Assembly (NCBI GenBank): GCA_016206925.1 | Contig: JACQQS010000062.1 | Location: 9,254 to 73,253 of the forward strand | Length of the DNA stretch: 64,000 nucleotides | Direction of reading: 5' to 3' | Source: Candidatus Omnitrophota bacterium | GTDB taxonomy: Bacteria > Omnitrophota > Omnitrophia > Omnitrophales > JACQQS01 | In this document: positions 55,301-64,000 of the stretch, in pieces | Layout of the letters: each line of letters opens with the position of its first letter | Position numbering within the stretch: the stretch's first letter is position 1 | Position numbers and translations under genes: made by a program | Notes under the pieces: generated by a model | What the model was told of the DNA's origin: nothing | The model's database searches: none | What the model saw: only the letters and a program-made list of their open reading frames with translations

Positions 55301-58300
55301 CAGGATTTAGCGTCGCTGCAGCAAGTTGAATTTCCGCATGATGTGCGGACGCTAGAAAACGGTCTCTTCTTTTGGATATGAACTCGGCTAATTTCGAGAA
55401 GCGATCACGCCCTAGAGGTTTTCGGATGCGCGCTAAGGTGACATGAACTACGCCGGGCGCGCCTCCCGTTGGTGAAGTTTTTCCGGCAAGCGCTTTGCTA
55501 AGCTCTGTTCGAAGAGAAACTAGATTTAAGTCACGCACGAAACCTTGAGCGATTAAGCTGCCACCTGGGCTTAGGGTAATTCCCTTCCAATCTATGTCGA
55601 ACGGTTGCGATAACACGATTGCTGAATTTATGTCAGGAATAAGCGCTTGGATGGCGTTGTCAGAAAGGTTAGCATCGTAGACATCGTGCGGAATATAGAT
55701 ACTTAGATGAAGGTTTTCATTTGGTATCCAGAGGATTTCGTCGTTCGACCAAGTAAATTCATAACCCAGGACTTCCTCGTGCATTTCCTTACGAATTTTC
55801 TGTACCTGAGTAATGAATGGTATGGACTCCGACAAGTGTGCGAGGACGTTGGAGGTTTTACCAACGCGAGGATTTCCGTCTTCGTCGTAATGTCTGGGAT
55901 GGCCTGCAAAATCCTTTGGATCAAAATCGCTCCTAGATGTACCAATGTTTGTTAAGTTGTTAAATATTTCATCGTAGCGCTCTAAGAGTTTTTTATTAAA
56001 TTGTTCGATCGTACCGAATCCAGCCGACGATCGCGTAATTAGCGGCGCTGGCGCTTCTGCTGATTCTCCTTCGTGCGGTTGAGGGGCAACTACATCTGGC
56101 GGTTGCGCTGCTTCCCCTTGGGCGGGCGGCGACCGTCTCAAAAACTTCCAAAGCCAAATGGTGAGGAGCAACGTAAGATAGTAGAAGGTATCACTCCCAA
56201 CAACAATTGTTCTGATCGTGGCTGTCTGATGACCCACAAAGTTATATAGTTTTACAAAGCTGTCGGCCATGTTTGCGCTGCCGATCAAGTAAGCACCCCC
56301 GATAAGACCGGCGGTGAGCAGTACTTTTAAGGCGGCAATCGGTGCGACGTGCTTAAGGTAGTAAAGGACGTCACTCTCTTTACGTCCTCCTCCCAGAAGT
56401 GCGTGTTTGATACTTGGATATTCGTTTGTCGTGTGCCAATGGAGGAACATTTGCGTCATAAGTAAGCCCGCGCTGTTCAAACCCATGAGTGCGACAAGAA
56501 CGCGGACGGGATCGGGCAATGTGCCGGAGACGGCAAGCGCAATTACGATAACCACCACTAATATATTGAAAAGGGCCATCCCGGCTGGAAAAACCGGTTT
56601 TGTCTTCGCTTTTATTATTTCCAAGTGAGGACGCTCTCCGGTGAACTCAACCTCGTAGTCTCTGTACCCATTAACCGTGATCACGGCGGTTTTTTTGGCA
56701 CCGTTGTAATCTGTAACTCGTGTATCACGGAGACGGACCGATTGTGTTTCTGGATTATCCGGATCAAACCGATTCAGGGCCGGCTCTAGTTCCGATGTTC
56801 TAATCGAATGATCCCTCTTCTCTTCCAACTCAACAATTGTTTTCGAATCTTGCGTCATAAACAGCAAAATACTCGCTGTGACCAGATAGACCGGAGCATA
56901 TATGAAAAGAGTCGATAGTAAACCCGTTTTTGGCGCAAAACCAAAAAAAGGAATATAGCCAGCAACGGCGGCGACAGCGAGCGGTAACGCCAGCATTAGA
57001 GGAATCATACCTGCGGGCGAAAGCGGCATAGAACCCGAGATCATCGAAAGCCAGAATGCTTTGAACGGATTTGCTGAAGTCTCGCGTCTGTAGTCCTTAT
57101 TCAGCTCCTTCGTCCTGGCGAGCGACATGTTTGGGCGCCCAGCCAAGATACGGTAGATTTGGAAGATCAAACCCTGCCGCAAAGGCTGGGCAGATACCCA
57201 GACGGTCCAAAGATAAAGGAAAATGGAGCTGAGCCAAGGGAGAGCTCCGATAGGTAAGGACATCCATCCGAGCGAAAGCGTGGTAATGACTGCGTCTTGA
57301 TGACTGAGGTAGATGAGGCCCAAAAGAAAGCCTGCTGTAAATAACGGACTGACAACAGCGTGGCGTGAGGAAATTAAGAAATCAATATATTCCCCTTGCC
57401 GAAGGTTCCGGACTTGTTTGCTTACCAGCCGTTCAACGATAGCATGACCAAGCCAAGCTGTTTCAGCTTTTACAATAGTCCACATCGCCTTGCCAAGGAT
57501 GAGGAAAAACTCCAGTGTTTTCACAAGATATGCGATGGTGGACTTTACTAATTCAATGGGGAAGTTAATAATATACCGAATAGCGTTGAGCAGTCTGAAA
57601 GAAATCATTCCAAACGTGATTCTGATAAAGCCGATCAGACCGAGGCCTCGTTCGTACCGGACGACATCATAACGTCCCAGCTCCGGAAGGATGCCTGCGT
57701 TTTGTAACCAGTCCAATATCAATTGATTGTCTTCGTTGCGATAGTCAATTTCACCCCACGATTTCGCAATCCTGCCGCTGGAGAGAACGTACGCAATGCC
57801 GGCCAACACTCCGAGCACCATGTTAATCAGTTCGAAGAACGCCTTACCGAGTTTGGTAAGAAGGATAATTGGAATCATACTGACGAGCAGCAAACTGTCA
57901 GCAATAGGGAGGGGAATAATACTCGGAGACAAGTAAGATCCGCCGCCGATCAAGCTTGGTAAAAGCATATCGCGGAATACGTTCTCCAAACCAAGAAAGT
58001 AAGGTACCCCCCTGGAGTAAAACCCCAGAATCAGATACGCAGAGAAGAAAAGAGCTGTAAACGCTCCGCGTGGCGGGATAAACTTAGAATAAAGCGAGCC
58101 TAAGTCGACCGCTTCATCATCGCTTTCCTCGGTTGATCTGACGTAGGGACTAATGGCGGGTGTCCCGGTTACTGTGTTGTAAATATATTGTGCGAAGCTC
58201 ATGGGAACACCGTAAAAAAGCTTCATGGTTCCCTTCTTCAAGGCTTCCCACTCGCCGCCGATCCAGCGAGTTCCCTGGATAATCATATCTTTAATGGTGT

Positions 58301-61300
58301 AATTCACGTCTTCCCACGCGGCAAGAAAAGGAAGATATGCCGTTTTTGTTATTCCATATTTGTATGAATCTTCAATCTGAGCCTCGGCCGGCAGTATTTC
58401 GCCGCCAAAGAGCCGCGTGCGGTAAGTTATGCCGCCCAATGTGATTCTTTGGCCTTGCAAGCTCTCGCGGAGAAAGTCTTTCCGCTCGAGGCCATTCCAC
58501 ATCTCAGGAAATTCCCTTTCATTCCGTTTGGGAGCCGAGCGTCCAAGGATGATTCGTTGGCCACCGATGGTTAATGCGTATTCGTAGAATGACCGTCCCT
58601 GACCTTCCGGATCTTGAATGGAGTGGCCCGCATGCCCGGTATCTGGATCTATCTCAAATTTCACGTCATAACCGATGTACCGTTTCCTTTTGTGCTCGAC
58701 GGTAGGTTGATCAATAGTGAAGTCTGTAGTTTGTTCGAGCTTCGCCGTTTCTTCTGGTGTCAGAATCCAGCTACCGTCTTCGCTGATGAACACGCGATCC
58801 TGCGCAGTCATGATCGTGCCCACGCGGCGATTCTTCGCATCGTAGAGGATGATACGGGGATCCATAAGTTTTCCGATGAAATCGGCCATGCGTCCAATGA
58901 ACTTGCCAAACATGCTGAAACGGCCGCGGGCAAATGTTTCGCCGACGGGCAGAAAATAAAGCATTTCGCGCGCGACTCCCGGCATCCAGCTTATGGGTGT
59001 GAAGACCGTGTTAAAAGCGCGTAAGAATGGCTGGAACATTGAATAACTGCGGTTGGTCCAATGCTCCGAAATTTCCAATGTCGATCGCACAATTCCATCA
59101 GGCCAAAGATTGTCACCGTCACTCACAATTTTATATGGATATCGCCCGCGGAACTCGTAGAAGGTTGTATCTATTAGGGTGCGGTTTCCTTTCAAAATAG
59201 CTTCGGTTACCGTTGTGATCTGACGTTCGGAATTATCGGGATCGGCTACCCCACCCTTGTATTTTCCAGTCAATCCGGCCTTCTGGAGATCCCACACATC
59301 TTGCATTTCACCTTCCTGCATTTTGATCAGATCCTTAATGAATTGCCGGTAACTATACCCTTTAATGTCATACGCAACATTCAGCGGGAGCCCAAGTTTC
59401 TTTAAAGCCTCTTCACCTTCTTGCGGAGTCTGAAACGTGTTTATAAATTGATCAACAAGATCTCCGTCAGAGATACGAGGCTCTTCAGCGCCAAATCCTG
59501 CGGGCGGGCGGTTCTGACCCAAGCGTTGTTCCAAGGCGGCACGCAATTTGGGTATATTGATGTAACCCCAGGCAGGCAGTGCAGGATCTTTAACAAAGTT
59601 ATCGCGATACGCTTCGATGTATGTTAGGTTTCCGTAACGGTCGTAGATAAATTCATAGCTAACGACTCCAATTTTTGCTGATTTGGGATTTCCATTTGGG
59701 CGGCGTGTAATATCTTCTGGTTTAGCTTTTTTTAGAATCGCATTTTTACGCCACGGCGCAACGCGTCGCGTATGATGCAGTTCATTCCTTCGCGTGTATT
59801 CCTCGCCTGTATATTCCGAAGCATATAACTGACCTCGAAATCCAAGAATTGTTGCATCGTCATCCTGGCCGGATTTTCGCAGGTGGCGGTTGGTACGGTG
59901 GATAAACTTGAGATCCCGCTTGAACTGGGCAATGTGGGCGCGCAGAACGGCTTCGACAAAGGCGCCGGTTCCCTGTGTATTTGGAATATGTGGCAGGTCT
60001 TTTTGAATCTGCTCGAAGATTCCAACCCACAAGCCTACAGCATCGTGAAATGAGCCAAAATTCTCTTGAAGCGATTTTTCTGTCTTCTCATCAATTGGCC
60101 GAACCGATTCGCTCAATTGTCTCCAGTCATCAGGTGTGAGTACCGCGCCAGCACGCTGTCTTAGATGGGCGACGACATTCTCAAGGGAAGTTTCCATAAT
60201 GCTTCCAATTTTTTCACGCATCTCTTCCCTCACACGCGCCGTTTCCATCAAAACGGAGAAATTGTTGCTTGCATCCACGATAGTTGTTGTAAGAGTATGA
60301 TTTGGATCCGCATTGCCTAGGTGCGTGCCGTGTCCCTGTTTCTTAAGTAGTTCGGCCATATCCTCTGTAGTCTCGGAAATCCTGTAGAATTGACCCATTG
60401 TTGCATGTCCAAGCGGTATTGCGCTGACAAGCACACGTTTTCCGCCAACCACTACGCGTTTAGCAAAACTGTGTGCCTTAAAATATGCGCGCCGCCGTTC
60501 CGACCTGTCTCTTTCCGGTTTCGCATCGTCCGTCGTTTTGTTCATCGACCCATATAAAATCGAACCGAGAATGTAGGAGAGGAATCCCGCAACGATATCT
60601 CCGAGATTCCAGTAGAGCGGAAATGTCACAAGCGTTCTGAGAGCCGCGGCCTCAAAATTGGAAATCTCGGGAACCATCAGTATCCAAGACCAAATGGTTG
60701 TGATCAAAGCAAATCCGATCGAGACAGGGGCATAAAAGAAAAGAAAGATGGGACCTGTAGTTCGCAGCGCCCTCCAGTTCTTGTATCGATAGAGCGGACT
60801 GATAGTCCATTTGAGTATTTTTAACCCAATCAATGCAGAAATGAAGTAGGAAGGGTAAAGAAATGCCAGGATGGGCTGGCCGTAATGCTCGGTCATTAAC
60901 TGCGGCAGTATCGTGGTAAGCAACCCCACGCTGACAGCTTTTAAGAATCCCGGAAGGAAGCTGGGCAAAGCGCCATACATCAAGCCTATGAATGTGGAGA
61001 AAATCAACGCACCCACTATTGTCAAGATGGTATCGGGGAGAAGTCGGTAATTTTCAAGATGTTTCTTAATCTGAGCCGTTATATGGAATAGCCGCTGGAT
61101 TCGATACTCACGGTGCGTAATCAAAGTATGTATGTATTTTAATAAAAGCAAAGCGAACGGAATCGAAATGGACAGTATAGCCCCAAGGTTCAGTCTTTGA
61201 ACTCCGGCCGCCGTCTCAAGACCTTGTTTTATGTCCACCGGCATCAAAGGAGAGATGAAATCGAACAAATGTCCTGTGATTCCATGAACCAGATAAATTC

Positions 61301-63935
61301 CTAGAGCAGCGACTGCTGAAGCAGTGAGAATACCTGCCACTGACTTCAAGACTTTGCCTCTGATCGCTAATATCTTTGCCGCAAGGTATCGCATCGGGAT
61401 CCTGGCAAAAATCAGCGCTACGCCTCCAAAAACAAAAGCCGTCCACTTGTGCTGGAACATCCATTCAACCATGCTGAAGAAGGCGCGCCATAGACCTTGC
61501 GATATTGGGAATTCCCGAATTGCATCATTTATGCCCAACAGGAAAACAATAATGGTTAAGGCCGCACCAAGATAAAGCCGTCTAGAGAAAAGACGGCGTG
61601 AGAATGTCTTTCTTTTGGCGAAAAAGGTGTAGACATGCGGAAGGACAAGAGCTACAAACCCGCCTAATGCGACGTAAGCCATAATGAAAGCGTTTGTTTT
61701 CTGGGTATGCCGCTCTTCGCGCGCGATGATATCATCACCGACCGCCCTTGCGCTCTGGCGCGTCTCTTGAATAGCGGGAGGCCCCATGCGTTCGAACATA
61801 AACTCAAGGAGTCCTTGCAGCTTGAAGAATGCGTTTGAGGTGATATCAGCCTCAGGCATGCCCATACGTTTGAGCGCGTCGGCATGCACAAGCTGTAAAC
61901 TTCTCAACGTCTGAAAGTGCTCGAGTCTTTTCGTTATTCGTTCCTTAAGTTCGTCTTTGTCTGAGAACGAAATAAGCGGCCACTTTGCCCTCTCTTTTGG
62001 TGGCTCATTATCGTGACCGGAGATACCAAGAAGATATCTTCCTTGACTCATGAAGAAGCCAGCGACGCTACCAGATTTGTCGAAGAAATCGAACTCTTCC
62101 TTCTCTTCTAAAAGTTCTTTCATGTCGGGTCCCAGCAGGAGTCCGGTGTTAAAACTCTCACGTACCTGAGCAAGGCGCTCGCGTAACGGCATTTTCTTCC
62201 ACTCATCCAGCTCCTTATAGGTTGCTGCGCTCCACCCGCTTAAGCCTAATAGGTAAGTCAGTTCGCCAATGAAAAAGCCAACCTCCTTCTTGTTGGTGAA
62301 ATCAAGTGCCTTACCGCTTGCTTTGTGCTCATTAACCTTCTGCTCAATTGTTGTGTGCGTGCCTTCACCAAGTGATTCAACAGCTCCAAGCATTGCAAGA
62401 ATCAGCTCGAAAGTTTCCTCGCGCTCCAGAGTATGAGCGGGCAACGCTTCTTCAATTTCGCTAATCCATTTTGTTGTGTACTCCCAGCCGTTGAGCTGCC
62501 GTGTAATGGCCCAAGCAATCACAAAGCCACGGTAACGCCGGTTCGTAATAAAACTTTCTTGTCCGGGTGGGACTTTCTCACCGAAAAGTATGTCGCTCAG
62601 CTTCGAAGCTTCCTTGAAGGCGGTTGCGCGTTTTTCCTTGTCGTTCAAGACTTCTGTTAAAAGGGTAACACTCCTATTATCTTTGGCCTTTTCTTGAAGC
62701 GGTGGTTCTACGACACTTCGGAAACGCTCCTGAAATTTCTTAATCTGTTCTACTTGTATCCCATCTGGATCGAGTTGACTTTTGTCAGCTAGTCCGTCAG
62801 GCAGTTGAACACTTTTACCTAACTGAGCGTATATTTTTTTAACGGTTTCGTAGCCTGAGAAATTATTGCGCATAATCTCGCGGGTGATCTCTGCTCGCGC
62901 CGCTTGATGCGCCAGTGCTTGTTCAATAAAGGTATAAACTTTTCTAGGAGGTATTTCTCCTGTTTTTGCATCGCGGCTAGGGGTGCCATAGGTATTTACT
63001 CCGCCCGTCGCAAGATAGAGGTGAAAATTCGTGCTTGCCCACGGATCGCCTGTGGCAGCCAAAATGGCTACCGCGTACCCTGCGACTTTGGAGTCATCCG
63101 TCGTTAGCCCATAGTTCTTGTACGGCTCACGCATCGCCAGAATGCTTACATGCTCACCAAATTTCTTGGCTATTTCCGTAGAATCCACCGTTGGTGCGGC
63201 ACCAATTACTTGGTAATTCATTTTGCTCCGCCGCTCTTTATTTAGAGCGAGATACGACTGAACTGCGCGAGTCATAATATCCGGTAGGAAAGCATGTTCT
63301 CCGCTAACGGGGTAGTAAATCACCCAGGAGTAATCAAAAGCGCTTTGGACAAAAGTTTTCGGCACTGTAATGCCATCGATAGTTGTCCAGTCGAGTCGCA
63401 TGCGTTTAAAGGCGCCGTCAGATTTTAAATAACCGAGTGAAAACAATTCCGCAATCAGGTATCCGGCTTCTGACATGATGTATTCATATGTCGCAGGTTT
63501 GCGCGGATAAATCTCCCCTTCAATAAGTGTGGTTTCGCTGCCCCATTTCGGGACAGATTTGCTCTGGACGAGTTTGCCACTTGAATCAAGCTCAACCTTC
63601 ACCGTCACTTTTGTTTTTAGACGGCCTGAAGTTTCATCAATAAAATGCTCATAGTTGTGCCGCTGAGGATCGTTGAATCGATCTATGGCAGTGACGATCT
63701 TCTCTTCGATAGAATCTGCTGCCGCGTTTTTTTCATAGTAGTTTCGAATCACATTGAGCTTGGTAGTCAGCCAAGCCATGTCGATAGGTGAGAATGAAAC
63801 AGTTCCGGTAACCGGAGCACCCGGAATGAAGCGAGTCTTTTTGTCAATGATTATCTTGGGCACGATTTTCCCATTTGCATAGTCATACACCAACCATTCC
63901 GGAAGGATTCCCTCATAGCGTGGCACCTGTTCCAA
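52344..63935 (-). CDS. giant polytopic membrane multidomain protein (at least 3863 aa): ~750-aa N-terminal soluble region, three TM clusters (~22 helices), embedded 2H-phosphoesterase-like, DUF218/YdcF-like and HD-phosphohydrolase-like domains, ~400-aa C-terminal region
   Basis: Uninterrupted 11.6 kb ORF. The first start-like codon is TTG at 63935, three codons after an in-frame TAG. 2H-like: NLHLSIYI ... VVHVTLARI. DUF218-like: ADLILALGSY ... KRILVAGG ... ENRSTNTGANIQNAAQLL ... IILIQFPLGQ. HD: ILWHAVVLHDYGRLV. Confidence 0.8.
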   Translation of the reverse strand: MEQVPRYEGILPEWLVYDYANGKIVPKIIIDKKTRFIPGAPVTGTVSFSPIDMAWLTTKLNVIRNYYEKNAAADSIEEKIVTAIDRFNDPQRHNYEHFIDETSGRLKTKVTVKVELDSSGKLVQSKSVPKWGSETTLIEGEIYPRKPATYEYIMSEAGYLIAELFSLGYLKSDGAFKRMRLDWTTIDGITVPKTFVQSAFDYSWVIYYPVSGEHAFLPDIMTRAVQSYLALNKERRSKMNYQVIGAAPTVDSTEIAKKFGEHVSILAMREPYKNYGLTTDDSKVAGYAVAILAATGDPWASTNFHLYLATGGVNTYGTPSRDAKTGEIPPRKVYTFIEQALAHQAARAEITREIMRNNFSGYETVKKIYAQLGKSVQLPDGLADKSQLDPDGIQVEQIKKFQERFRSVVEPPLQEKAKDNRSVTLLTEVLNDKEKRATAFKEASKLSDILFGEKVPPGQESFITNRRYRGFVIAWAITRQLNGWEYTTKWISEIEEALPAHTLEREETFELILAMLGAVESLGEGTHTTIEQKVNEHKASGKALDFTNKKEVGFFIGELTYLLGLSGWSAATYKELDEWKKMPLRERLAQVRESFNTGLLLGPDMKELLEEKEEFDFFDKSGSVAGFFMSQGRYLLGISGHDNEPPKERAKWPLISFSDKDELKERITKRLEHFQTLRSLQLVHADALKRMGMPEADITSNAFFKLQGLLEFMFERMGPPAIQETRQSARAVGDDIIAREERHTQKTNAFIMAYVALGGFVALVLPHVYTFFAKRKTFSRRLFSRRLYLGAALTIIVFLLGINDAIREFPISQGLWRAFFSMVEWMFQHKWTAFVFGGVALIFARIPMRYLAAKILAIRGKVLKSVAGILTASAVAALGIYLVHGITGHLFDFISPLMPVDIKQGLETAAGVQRLNLGAILSISIPFALLLLKYIHTLITHREYRIQRLFHITAQIKKHLENYRLLPDTILTIVGALIFSTFIGLMYGALPSFLPGFLKAVSVGLLTTILPQLMTEHYGQPILAFLYPSYFISALIGLKILKWTISPLYRYKNWRALRTTGPIFLFFYAPVSIGFALITTIWSWILMVPEISNFEAAALRTLVTFPLYWNLGDIVAGFLSYILGSILYGSMNKTTDDAKPERDRSERRRAYFKAHSFAKRVVVGGKRVLVSAIPLGHATMGQFYRISETTEDMAELLKKQGHGTHLGNADPNHTLTTTIVDASNNFSVLMETARVREEMREKIGSIMETSLENVVAHLRQRAGAVLTPDDWRQLSESVRPIDEKTEKSLQENFGSFHDAVGLWVGIFEQIQKDLPHIPNTQGTGAFVEAVLRAHIAQFKRDLKFIHRTNRHLRKSGQDDDATILGFRGQLYASEYTGEEYTRRNELHHTRRVAPWRKNAILKKAKPEDITRRPNGNPKSAKIGVVSYEFIYDRYGNLTYIEAYRDNFVKDPALPAWGYINIPKLRAALEQRLGQNRPPAGFGAEEPRISDGDLVDQFINTFQTPQEGEEALKKLGLPLNVAYDIKGYSYRQFIKDLIKMQEGEMQDVWDLQKAGLTGKYKGGVADPDNSERQITTVTEAILKGNRTLIDTTFYEFRGRYPYKIVSDGDNLWPDGIVRSTLEISEHWTNRSYSMFQPFLRAFNTVFTPISWMPGVAREMLYFLPVGETFARGRFSMFGKFIGRMADFIGKLMDPRIILYDAKNRRVGTIMTAQDRVFISEDGSWILTPEETAKLEQTTDFTIDQPTVEHKRKRYIGYDVKFEIDPDTGHAGHSIQDPEGQGRSFYEYALTIGGQRIILGRSAPKRNEREFPEMWNGLERKDFLRESLQGQRITLGGITYRTRLFGGEILPAEAQIEDSYKYGITKTAYLPFLAAWEDVNYTIKDMIIQGTRWIGGEWEALKKGTMKLFYGVPMSFAQYIYNTVTGTPAISPYVRSTEESDDEAVDLGSLYSKFIPPRGAFTALFFSAYLILGFYSRGVPYFLGLENVFRDMLLPSLIGGGSYLSPSIIPLPIADSLLLVSMIPIILLTKLGKAFFELINMVLGVLAGIAYVLSSGRIAKSWGEIDYRNEDNQLILDWLQNAGILPELGRYDVVRYERGLGLIGFIRITFGMISFRLLNAIRYIINFPIELVKSTIAYLVKTLEFFLILGKAMWTIVKAETAWLGHAIVERLVSKQVRNLRQGEYIDFLISSRHAVVSPLFTAGFLLGLIYLSHQDAVITTLSLGWMSLPIGALPWLSSIFLYLWTVWVSAQPLRQGLIFQIYRILAGRPNMSLARTKELNKDYRRETSANPFKAFWLSMISGSMPLSPAGMIPLMLALPLAVAAVAGYIPFFGFAPKTGLLSTLFIYAPVYLVTASILLFMTQDSKTIVELEEKRDHSIRTSELEPALNRFDPDNPETQSVRLRDTRVTDYNGAKKTAVITVNGYRDYEVEFTGERPHLEIIKAKTKPVFPAGMALFNILVVVIVIALAVSGTLPDPVRVLVALMGLNSAGLLMTQMFLHWHTTNEYPSIKHALLGGGRKESDVLYYLKHVAPIAALKVLLTAGLIGGAYLIGSANMADSFVKLYNFVGHQTATIRTIVVGSDTFYYLTLLLTIWLWKFLRRSPPAQGEAAQPPDVVAPQPHEGESAEAPAPLITRSSAGFGTIEQFNKKLLERYDEIFNNLTNIGTSRSDFDPKDFAGHPRHYDEDGNPRVGKTSNVLAHLSESIPFITQVQKIRKEMHEEVLGYEFTWSNDEILWIPNENLHLSIYIPHDVYDANLSDNAIQALIPDINSAIVLSQPFDIDWKGITLSPGGSLIAQGFVRDLNLVSLRTELSKALAGKTSPTGGAPGVVHVTLARIRKPLGRDRFSKLAEFISKRRDRFLASAHHAEIQLAAATLNPGQLIGDESLNPVANFHLGFGARLNDLNTLATFLAQRDQLPEKADLILALGSYDMRVPIETARLFKEGKAKRILVAGGAGRLTGFPNAAAYKRGVKLLVDAGINVQVARQMLKGWFRGRKHIKKEADLFREVLIALGIQDKNKLGEDIILVENRSTNTGANIQNAAQLLNDKTLHDKIASIILIQFPLGQKVASATFQKQFMIHYRGQEPNVYNYAPPLAKLEDLSRQELDEAIVLATGSIVRLKAYGPKGRGFLVDVEISGNVQDAFERLASPAQIAEFYHGGYASNAELQLKLEEKQKGLHKTITFEKVKQFYKAAQTAKSPSELKAVYDKYLGIFDWEALVPITGEAWKAADGTTAKMKSHHDAMIALVDALEQGGDIAARALHERALEPLDLDLIQKIVAQYQNLSTSERRILWHAVVLHDYGRLVTNGPQHAQIGARLVNNLLEHLDSFSTQLSAEGIQPFSPQDMDQLIEYTGRELEFGSLHWGETIPANVARGLRRQGIDVSKFLRTMSIVAGIIDPASVGAGRLRNTHLQNVEILSDAHSLSALQRHWSFIRLNALFHDEKLEYPFTPDILSAPALSSRVPHIFTELVYRPDIKTALRNVAFQKFIMLFRNIAERGTTGPENAAKWLILLLGLHERNKINFVGLSIDFGEFVQPFIQILEGIDLNKVAAGEITANLHEDTLVVSDAVTKQTYFSIPYSKTSDRNGIELNMPEFKGPESGFGIAAPAPKPQPNLDQIFNEAESWMGKWANAAAGKDLAFQTSVLADSRRSIAPEEQKLADALVSLLAAQPIQSIGAIHGKVVHAVDFNSGLITADQLGDSSFWQNYFGTQLPTHRVTVYNAPANIALPEPFSEFVEITTETTPASTRTGWNNADRIVVSSNILSSYGSAELEEKVVQVLVDIGDIESKVSAERLATIRALGMQFGRLLAFDLLSGELGRVAAYRVAGTRAYVFNSATVTAILSHFIDEAKKYEAIARAA

Positions 63936-64000
63936 AAGGCTGACTAATCGGTAGTGCCGTTCAGCGGTACGATTGTAACGTTGCGCAAAATCGGTAGTCT

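Noticed and set aside
1-64000. Mobile elements / prophage / integrative island boundaries
   Set aside because: No integrase, transposase, recombinase, tRNA or phage structural genes recognised. The only repeats found are short palindromic or heptamer elements.

Overview
This 64 kb window is a gene-dense bacterial chromosomal segment of roughly 50% GC, transcribed almost entirely on the minus strand. No rRNA or tRNA genes, CRISPR arrays, transposase or integrase genes were seen. Three blocks are apparent.

Block 1 (about 500-24600) is a large type IV pilus / type II secretion-like filament locus. It holds an ECF sigma factor with a membrane repeat protein, four prepilin-type (pseudo)pilins including a GspG-like major pseudopilin, two GspF/PilC platform proteins, one secretin, PilM-PilN-PilO/P, a ParA-like ATPase with a small MerR-like regulator, two GT-C (PMT/ArnT-like) glycosyltransferases beside a PilA-type pilin, a PilS/PilR-like sensor kinase and sigma54 activator, two tandem GspE/PilB ATPases, and a stand-alone T2SS-E N-terminal (MshEN-like) domain protein.

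Block 2 (24786-39427) is housekeeping: thpR, pncC/cinA, pgpA, pgsA, rimO, ftsK, pnp, rpsO, ribF, truB, rbfA, a DUF503 gene, infB and nusA.

Block 3 (39917-63935) is the most unusual part. It contains two giant uninterrupted ORFs. One encodes about 2670 aa: a signal peptide, a TraB/GumN/Tiki-like N-terminal module and an embedded UDP-sugar dehydrogenase-family domain. The other encodes at least 3863 aa: roughly 22 transmembrane segments in three clusters plus embedded 2H-phosphoesterase-like, DUF218/YdcF-like and HD domains. Between them sit a LacI-family regulator and two convergent AAA_14/DUF4143-type ATPases.

Other observations: two inverted heptanucleotide repeat arrays bracket the start of a minor pseudopilin gene; a roughly 57-nt palindromic REP-like element occurs twice in intergenic spacers of the pilus locus; PNPase carries a His/Arg/Ser-rich C-terminal tail; a glutamine amidotransferase remnant lies between ftsK and rimO.

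All calls rest on motif-level reading of the supplied translations and sequence. No database searches were run.
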